Shown here: positions 57,794 to 64,000 of the stretch, one piece after another | Layout of the letters: every line of letters starts with the position of its first letter | How positions within the stretch are numbered: position 1 is the first letter of the stretch | IMG/VR virus record: IMGVR_UViG_3300005253_000045 | Coordinates: 11,629-75,628 of that record | Source of the DNA: a virus | Reading direction: 5' to 3' (one strand) | Length of the DNA stretch: 64,000 bases | Translations under genes and position numbers: made by a program | The notes under the pieces: model-generated | Databases searched by the model: none | Told to the model about the DNA's origin: nothing | Seen by the model: only the letters and a program-made list of their open reading frames with translations

Positions 57794-58144
57794 ATGGTCG
57801 CTGCCAGTGTTTTCATCAAGAGCCACCAACTGAAGGGGCAGGTCTGCCAGCAGACCCCAGCCGGCGGCGGCGAGATGTGTGGTCTCCCTGCTACCCGGAT
57901 TGGGTTTGGTGTACGGATAGAGTCTGGGAACCCTACCGATATGGTGAGTTTTACCTTCTCCTGTGGGGAGTGTACTCCTGAGAGTGAGAAGTGCTCAGAG
58001 TGCCCCCATACTTCAGAAAGCGAACGGTTCGCTCAGTTGATGCGGGCGGTGCTCGATATTGGGGTAGAAGGAGTCTGGCCCATCTTCGATGTAGCGGAGC
58101 ACACAGTCCTTCTGACCTTTAAGAATCCGCATATGGAGGCGTAG
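57794..58144 (+). CDS. Hypothetical Cys-rich protein
   Basis: SD AGGAGG. Confidence 0.55.
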   Translation: MVAASVFIKSHQLKGQVCQQTPAGGGEMCGLPATRIGFGVRIESGNPTDMVSFTFSCGECTPESEKCSECPHTSESERFAQLMRAVLDIGVEGVWPIFDVAEHTVLLTFKNPHMEA

Positions 58145-58276
58145 ATGCCAAGTGACCACCAAGATAGCTGGACTCCTTTGATGGTTGCGCTCAATACGGG
58201 AGCGACCTTACTTGCGGCGTGCTCGGGTATTGCTGCTCTGGTGATTGCGTGTATCGCGCTGTTTGGATAGGGATAA

Positions 58277-60070
58277 ATGGCTAAGCCAAAAGCCACCCCG
58301 ACCGCTAAGGAACGTATCGACACCGGCGAGTTTGACTCAGAAACTGCGCGATTGTTCTTCGGGCCGACTCCTCAGGACGAAATGGATTGGATTGAGGCAC
58401 TCCTTACTATTGACAATGAGCAGGGAAATGTCGTCCCCTTCAACCTCTTTCCGCAGCAACGGCAGATGTCCCTCAATAAGACGGGACGAGACCTCACTGT
58501 TAAGGGCCGGCAGACGCGGGCGTCCTCATTCATACTTGCTAAGAATGTTCGGCGCATGGTAACTGGCGCCGGCCTGAAGTGCTTGACGATGACACAGGAC
58601 GACCAGACAACCTCGACGTTCCGTGCCCGCGTGCGCCACCACCTCCGTGATTTGAAGCAGCAGGGCTGGGAGTTCGAGATTGGGCTCGACAACGACGACG
58701 AGCTTGTTCTTGAGGGCATTGAGTGCCGATGGATATGGGGCTCTGGTAACGAGCTAACTGCTGGTCGGGCGTACAGCGCCCACATTGCCCACTTGAGTGA
58801 GTTCGCTCACTGGCCCGAGGCTAACGCCCGCAAACTTCTGGGAGGTATTCTGCCTTCAGTTCCTGGCGTTCCCTATGGCTGGTTGGACATTGAGTCGACT
58901 CCTAATGGGGCTGAGGGGGCTTTCTATGACCTGATACAGGACTCCAAGCTCTTCAACCCAGCTTCGCCAAACACTACACACTTCTATCCCTGGTGGATGG
59001 AGCCGCGCTACCGAGCGGGCACTGTGGTTGGCTGCGACATTCTATACTCAGACACGGAATGGGAGCAACTTCTTCAGTCCTTCCACCCGACCGAGGAAGA
59101 GCAGCGCCTCATCGATGAGTACGACTTGGATACAGGGCAGATTCTCTGGCGCCGCGTTACGAAGGCGCAGCAGGATAAGACGGATGCCCCCTTTCTCCAG
59201 GAGTATGTAGAGACTCTTGACGGCTGTTTCCTCACGGCCGGCGGGAACTACTTCGCTTCCCAGGATGGTATCAACCATCTGAAGCGATACCGTGATACTG
59301 TACGCCCTCCACAGGAGATTGTCACACAACTTCCGGGCTCATCTGTGCAGTTTCCTACGCCGCATCTGCATATCTGGCAACGACCGCAGCTCGGCACCCC
59401 GTATGCCGTTTGGGTAGACAATGCCGGTGGTGGTCTGGACGACAGCTCGGACTTTTCGGCCATCGTTGTGATGGACGTCGAGAATATGCTCATTGTAGCG
59501 AGGCTAGCAGTCAAATCTGCGCCGACTGAGGTTGCTCCGATGGCGGTGGCTATTGCTAAGTACTACAACAACGCCCTGCTAGGCGGAGAGCGTGATGCTC
59601 TGGGTTCAACCTGCATTCAGAAGATTCAGGAGATTGGCTACCACAACCTCTGGTTCTTCCTGGCGCCTGGCGAGTCCCTGAATATCAAGAAGCCCATCGT
59701 CGACCCATGGGGGCACCCAACCCAGATTCGACAGCTTATTCTCACGGCCTTACGTGAACAGGTATTTGGTGGGTTCTTCCATCTTCAAGATGAGTGGGGG
59801 CTACGGCAGATGGGTGCGTTTACGTGGTCAAAATCCTACGGGAAGCGAGAGACTCTTAAAGCTGCGGGTAAAGGACAAAAAGACGACCTCGTGATGTGCT
59901 ACGCTGGGCTCTGCTTCATTGCGGCCCAGGCTCGGGCTAGGTATAATACAAAGCAGAAGGGTAATGCTAACCGTCCGACCCAACCCGATGAGATTGTTAC
60001 GGTTGGGGCGCATGGGTTAGTAGTAGACCGTCACGCACAAGGGGCCGCACCGCGGCCTTGGTTAAGATAG
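58277..60070 (+). CDS. terL: Terminase large subunit
   Basis: KGRQTRASS, AHLSEFAHW, ESTPNG, VDNAGG..DFSA, KDDLVM. Confidence 0.92.
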   Translation: MAKPKATPTAKERIDTGEFDSETARLFFGPTPQDEMDWIEALLTIDNEQGNVVPFNLFPQQRQMSLNKTGRDLTVKGRQTRASSFILAKNVRRMVTGAGLKCLTMTQDDQTTSTFRARVRHHLRDLKQQGWEFEIGLDNDDELVLEGIECRWIWGSGNELTAGRAYSAHIAHLSEFAHWPEANARKLLGGILPSVPGVPYGWLDIESTPNGAEGAFYDLIQDSKLFNPASPNTTHFYPWWMEPRYRAGTVVGCDILYSDTEWEQLLQSFHPTEEEQRLIDEYDLDTGQILWRRVTKAQQDKTDAPFLQEYVETLDGCFLTAGGNYFASQDGINHLKRYRDTVRPPQEIVTQLPGSSVQFPTPHLHIWQRPQLGTPYAVWVDNAGGGLDDSSDFSAIVVMDVENMLIVARLAVKSAPTEVAPMAVAIAKYYNNALLGGERDALGSTCIQKIQEIGYHNLWFFLAPGESLNIKKPIVDPWGHPTQIRQLILTALREQVFGGFFHLQDEWGLRQMGAFTWSKSYGKRETLKAAGKGQKDDLVMCYAGLCFIAAQARARYNTKQKGNANRPTQPDEIVTVGAHGLVVDRHAQGAAPRPWLR

Positions 60071-60079
60071 GAGGGACAC

Positions 60080-60262
60080 ATGTACGACTACATAGTAGAC
60101 CCCAACGGAAAGGGAACGCATACGACGATTGCCGCAGCTTTACGAGCCGCGTGTCTACTGGATAAGGACTTCATGGGGGGAGTTCGGCGTGGCCTTGAAG
60201 ATTACCGGGCCGGCCGAATGCGGCCTTGGAGTGAAGTCAAAAAGGAGCTTGGGCTGAAGTAA
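60080..60262 (+). CDS. Small chimeric protein with antitoxin-like C-terminus
   Basis: RRGLEDYRAGR..WSEVKKELGL; SD GGAGG. Confidence 0.55.
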   Translation: MYDYIVDPNGKGTHTTIAAALRAACLLDKDFMGGVRRGLEDYRAGRMRPWSEVKKELGLK

Positions 60263-60265
60263 CTA

Positions 60266-62251
60266 ATGGCTATTCCAGGCGCTGCTGTTATTCAAAACAC
60301 TCCCCAGTTGGACGCATTGAGGGATGTTCTTCTCAGGCGGCAGAGAGAGCTGAAGAATTACTGGCGGCCACTTTCACTCCGCCAAGACTATTGGTTGCAA
60401 ATGTACAGACTGATAGACGTCCTCCAGCAGTCGAAACCTCTGGGAGTAGCGCGGCGATTCATCTCTAATGAGCCTCGTACGGGCGTCGACGCCGCCTGGC
60501 AGATTCTTACCCGCAACCCTATTACGTGGCGGATACCCCTGAATGGCGCGGAGGATGAAAATCAGGAAATGCGCCGGCGGGTAGGACGCATCGAACGTAC
60601 GTTAGAGGGGCTAGTCTACGATGCAGACGAGCTCTTTGGGATGCGCCTCCAGCCTTCCCTCTGGAAGCAGGTCGTCTTCCAGGGCCTTCTCCGCGGGATG
60701 ATTTGGGGTAAGTTCCATATCACCATAGAGGCCCTCCAGTATCGTCGTTCCCCCCTCATCGCGGAAATCTACGACGCTCGTACGGTGTTCCCCCATGTCG
60801 ACCAGTGGGGCCTGAACCATGTCCTCATCGAGAAGCCTACTACGCTAGGTGACCTGGCGGCCACATACCCCGACAAGTTCAATGACCTGCTCACCAGCTC
60901 GAATTACGACCCTCATACCCCCGCCCTGAAGTTGGAGTACTGGAGTAACGACCGTGGGGAGCGTAAGGGAATCGCCGCAGTACTTGCTACTGTGGGTTCC
61001 CCTGTAGCCGCCGGCTCTCTATCGGGTATGGCGGTCGCCGATACGATGGGTAAGGATGCTCGTTGGGTAGTGCCACCCTTCTTCCACGGGTACACATACG
61101 ATGAGCTTCCGGTGGTGGGTGTGCCGGTAAATGGCCTCATGCTGTCGCATACGCCCCCAATCGCCTCTTCCCTCGAGCATAGGTTGCAGGAACGGGCCGA
61201 CCTACTTGCGATGAATGCACTGGCATGGAACGGCGCGAACTCCTCTGTGGCCGAGCTTGGGCGCTCCATATTGAGCTCGGTGGAGGAGCAGGTTCCGCAG
61301 TATAATGAGCTGGTCGCTACTATCTTCCAGCACTTGACTAATGACACGTACGATACCCTTATCTTCAAGACTCCTACCGGCGACCTGCCCGAGTTTGAGC
61401 GGGGCATCGGGGCACATATCCCCCTCGGCCCTCAGGACTCTGTGGAAAAGCTAGCTACTTCGCCTATGCCGACAGACGCGTATCGTCTACTGGACATTCT
61501 TGCTGAGGAGCGGCAGAAGGGTATTCTCTCAAACGTGCTTCAGGCAGTGACTCCAAATCTCTCGAGTGGTGTCCTCCTCCAGCAGATTACTAACGCAGCA
61601 CTGAGTTCGATAGAGCCGTATCTGGCGGGGCCTAAGGAGTTTGGTACACGCATGGGCACGACTATCCTAGCCCAGATGAAGAAGGCCGCTCCCATCATCG
61701 GGATGTTCGAGCTCCAGTCATCTACGCCAAAGAAGACGTGGTTCAACATCGAGTTCGACCCCCAGACAGAATTGGATGAGGCGCGGCACTACCGGCCGGT
61801 ACCAATTATGAAGCCGGCACTACCAGACGACCTGACTGTCCGTATGACGGCCGCACGCATGGCGCTCGACCCGCGACGTCCGATGCTGTCCTTGATGACA
61901 GTCATGGAAGAGATTCTCTTTGTCGACGACCCCACGGCGGAAGCAGACCGTCTGTGGGAAGATATGGCCATGCAAGACCCGGTTATCATCCTCGAGCAGA
62001 TGGCTATGGCACTGGAGCGCCACGGCGAAAAGGAGATGGCGGCACGTATCCGCGACCAGGAGTTTGCTACGAAGTTCGTAGAGGAGCAGAAGCTCCGCCA
62101 GATTACTCAGGGTGCTGGTCAGGGCGAACCGCCTGGCGCCGCTCCTGCGGCCGGCCCGCTGTCCCAGAGCACTGCCCGGGATGGCACAGAGCGTAACCTA
62201 CCTGACGGGGCACAAGCGGCCGGCGCCGCAGGCATGAGAGCTGAGGTATAG
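60266..62251 (+). CDS. Portal protein
   Basis: 661 aa directly after terL; helical, SSGV..Q motif, low-complexity tail. Confidence 0.8.
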   Translation: MAIPGAAVIQNTPQLDALRDVLLRRQRELKNYWRPLSLRQDYWLQMYRLIDVLQQSKPLGVARRFISNEPRTGVDAAWQILTRNPITWRIPLNGAEDENQEMRRRVGRIERTLEGLVYDADELFGMRLQPSLWKQVVFQGLLRGMIWGKFHITIEALQYRRSPLIAEIYDARTVFPHVDQWGLNHVLIEKPTTLGDLAATYPDKFNDLLTSSNYDPHTPALKLEYWSNDRGERKGIAAVLATVGSPVAAGSLSGMAVADTMGKDARWVVPPFFHGYTYDELPVVGVPVNGLMLSHTPPIASSLEHRLQERADLLAMNALAWNGANSSVAELGRSILSSVEEQVPQYNELVATIFQHLTNDTYDTLIFKTPTGDLPEFERGIGAHIPLGPQDSVEKLATSPMPTDAYRLLDILAEERQKGILSNVLQAVTPNLSSGVLLQQITNAALSSIEPYLAGPKEFGTRMGTTILAQMKKAAPIIGMFELQSSTPKKTWFNIEFDPQTELDEARHYRPVPIMKPALPDDLTVRMTAARMALDPRRPMLSLMTVMEEILFVDDPTAEADRLWEDMAMQDPVIILEQMAMALERHGEKEMAARIRDQEFATKFVEEQKLRQITQGAGQGEPPGAAPAAGPLSQSTARDGTERNLPDGAQAAGAAGMRAEV

Positions 62252-62447
62252 ATGACTACCCCATCCAAACTAGCTGACCGCCTCGTGGAGAAGGTCTTTG
62301 GCTCCTCCGGTCGGGGCTCCACGCCCCAGGAGGTGATAGACCAGACCCCCGCCAAGCCGCCGCGTTCAGTGATTGCCCAACTTGCGGAGGGGCGTAAGAA
62401 GCAGCGAGAACACCTAGAGCTGCTGAGAAAGTCGAAGGTATTTTAAC

Positions 62448-63416
62448 ATGCCTCATGGAGGCCGCAGTACACAGGAACTCTTTGCTGCCGGAGTTACAGA
62501 CGCAGGGATGTTGCAGCACGCTCTCTTTGAGGAGGGTCAGGCTACTTCTGGGGAAGACATGGAGAGTCTTCTTGACTGCATCTCTGCCGGTAATTCCGTC
62601 GATGAGTGCATGGATGCTGATGCTGGCGACGATGGGCAGGCCACTTCCTCCACAGGTACTAGAACAGAGGATTCGCAAGTTCAGGAGCAGTTGACCGGAA
62701 CCGAGAAGATAACGTCTGAGGAGGTCATTTCCCAACTCAACCGGGAGTACTTTGAGGTAGAGACTCCCGAGAAGTTCCTCGACACCTTTATGAACGCCTT
62801 TGCGGGGTTTGCCCTCTCCGCTTCCGAAGCAGGCTTAGAGGGGGGAGACCTGGCTACTATGCTTGACCCTGGTTCTGGGTTCATGCAGACCATGCTGACT
62901 GAGTACATCGGCCGGCAAGCTCAAATCGCCGCCTCTGGCGAGAATCCGTATGAGTCTGTGGGCGTGGGTGGTGGTGAGGAGTTCTTAGGTGAGCGTACTG
63001 GTGACGTCTCGCGGACCGACATTAGGCGTATGACCCGGGTTGAGGCAGAGCAGCAACTTCGACGGGACGGCAAGAGTGTCACAACCGAGAGTATTCAGAG
63101 TGCTATCGATGAGGACTTTAGGTCGCAGCAATCCGCCCTCACGACAACCTCTACGGAAGAGACAAAGACAGAGACCGATACATCCACTGAGCAAATTAGC
63201 TCCTCCGAGTTCACTGAGACAGAGCAAGTCTTCTCGAGGAATCGTCTTGACCAAGTGTTCAAGTTCTCGCCTACAGACTTCCTCAAGGGGCGCTTTAACG
63301 CGGAGGAGCTAGACGAGTCTGCGGTTGGGCGCATAGCGACCGAGATACGAGCGAGTGCGCCGAGGCGTAGGCCTATAGGCGGTACTCAGACCTCGATTAG
63401 TGCGCGGAGGGCATAA
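62448..63416 (+). CDS. Acidic hypothetical (internal virion?) protein
   Basis: Downstream of portal. Confidence 0.5.
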   Translation: MPHGGRSTQELFAAGVTDAGMLQHALFEEGQATSGEDMESLLDCISAGNSVDECMDADAGDDGQATSSTGTRTEDSQVQEQLTGTEKITSEEVISQLNREYFEVETPEKFLDTFMNAFAGFALSASEAGLEGGDLATMLDPGSGFMQTMLTEYIGRQAQIAASGENPYESVGVGGGEEFLGERTGDVSRTDIRRMTRVEAEQQLRRDGKSVTTESIQSAIDEDFRSQQSALTTTSTEETKTETDTSTEQISSSEFTETEQVFSRNRLDQVFKFSPTDFLKGRFNAEELDESAVGRIATEIRASAPRRRPIGGTQTSISARRA

Positions 63417-63811
63417 TGGGTGGTGCGTCAAGTTCCAGCTCCTTTCTGGCTAACTCCCTAAAGCGAAAAGCAGAGCTCACTAAAGTACGTGGGGCCCTGT
63501 TAGACCAGCCGGGTATTCCGCGGCGTGGTGGGCCTCCGCCTCCTGTCTCCCCGGCGCAGGATAAGACGAGTCCGCAGCAGAAGGCACTTGCCGGTAAGCC
63601 TGAAGCTGGGGCTGCCCCGACAGACCAGCCCATAGAGGGAGTACCCTCAGAAGAGCAGGCAAAGACTCCCGCCATCGACGTAGACCCGGAAACGCGGCAA
63701 GAGATGCTAGGCCAAATCGATATGTTTCTCAAGCATGTGAAGCAGGTGAAGAGGGCTAAGCTACATCAGTCACTCGGTCGGTCTCGGAAGTTCTGGGGCG
63801 GGGGTCTGTAG
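63416..63811 (+). CDS. Hypothetical protein
   Basis: Coupled via TAATG. Confidence 0.5.
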   Translation: MGGASSSSSFLANSLKRKAELTKVRGALLDQPGIPRRGGPPPPVSPAQDKTSPQQKALAGKPEAGAAPTDQPIEGVPSEEQAKTPAIDVDPETRQEMLGQIDMFLKHVKQVKRAKLHQSLGRSRKFWGGGL

Positions 63812-63813
63812 AA

Positions 63814-64000
63814 TTGCCTATCCGTGCGGGAGATGAATCCCAGGGGGAATCGAGGGCTCGTATGCGGCGGCGCGAGATACCCCCGTCTACCACCCAAGAG
63901 GGGATTGAACCGCCCGTTAGTACTACGCCGGCCCCCGTACCAACACCGCCGGCGCCCACGGCCACACCAACGCCTCCGCCAGAGGCCCCGCAGTTTGACC
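63814..64000 (+). CDS. Partial Pro-rich ORF running off the window
   Basis: TTG start, open to the end. Confidence 0.4.
   Translation, partial: MPIRAGDESQGESRARMRRREIPPSTTQEGIEPPVSTTPAPVPTPPAPTATPTPPPEAPQFD

Noticed and set aside
1-64000. Stop-codon reassignment
   Set aside because: Conserved genes are intact in the standard code and end in TAG, TGA and TAA

Overview
Most of a GC-rich (about 55-60% by eye) tailed dsDNA phage genome, probably podovirus-like. No capsid or integrase gene was recognised in the window. Layout: + strand tail/virion module (1-12.7 kb); long - strand block of lysis, nucleotide-metabolism, replication and recombination genes (12.7-41.4 kb: UDG-PolA, split SbcC, SbcD, RecA, gp32-like SSB, primase, DnaB, SF2 helicase); - strand 'early' region of tiny genes (41.4-53.1 kb); + strand late module with terminase large subunit and portal (53.2-64 kb). 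Main discoveries: (1) a nested array at 47.1-49.9 kb in which small early genes are each enclosed by a 25-29 bp inverted-repeat stem, with one stem scaffold duplicated but carrying unrelated payload genes (a candidate gene-cassette system); (2) an 82-nt tmRNA reduced to its tRNA-like domain; (3) an apparently catalytically dead second PolA; (4) a twice-present module of a CxCGxY protein plus an 'IGKP' Pro-rich peptide; (5) sigma28-like early promoters and strong GATC avoidance. All calls come from reading the sequence by eye; no searches or folding programs were run.
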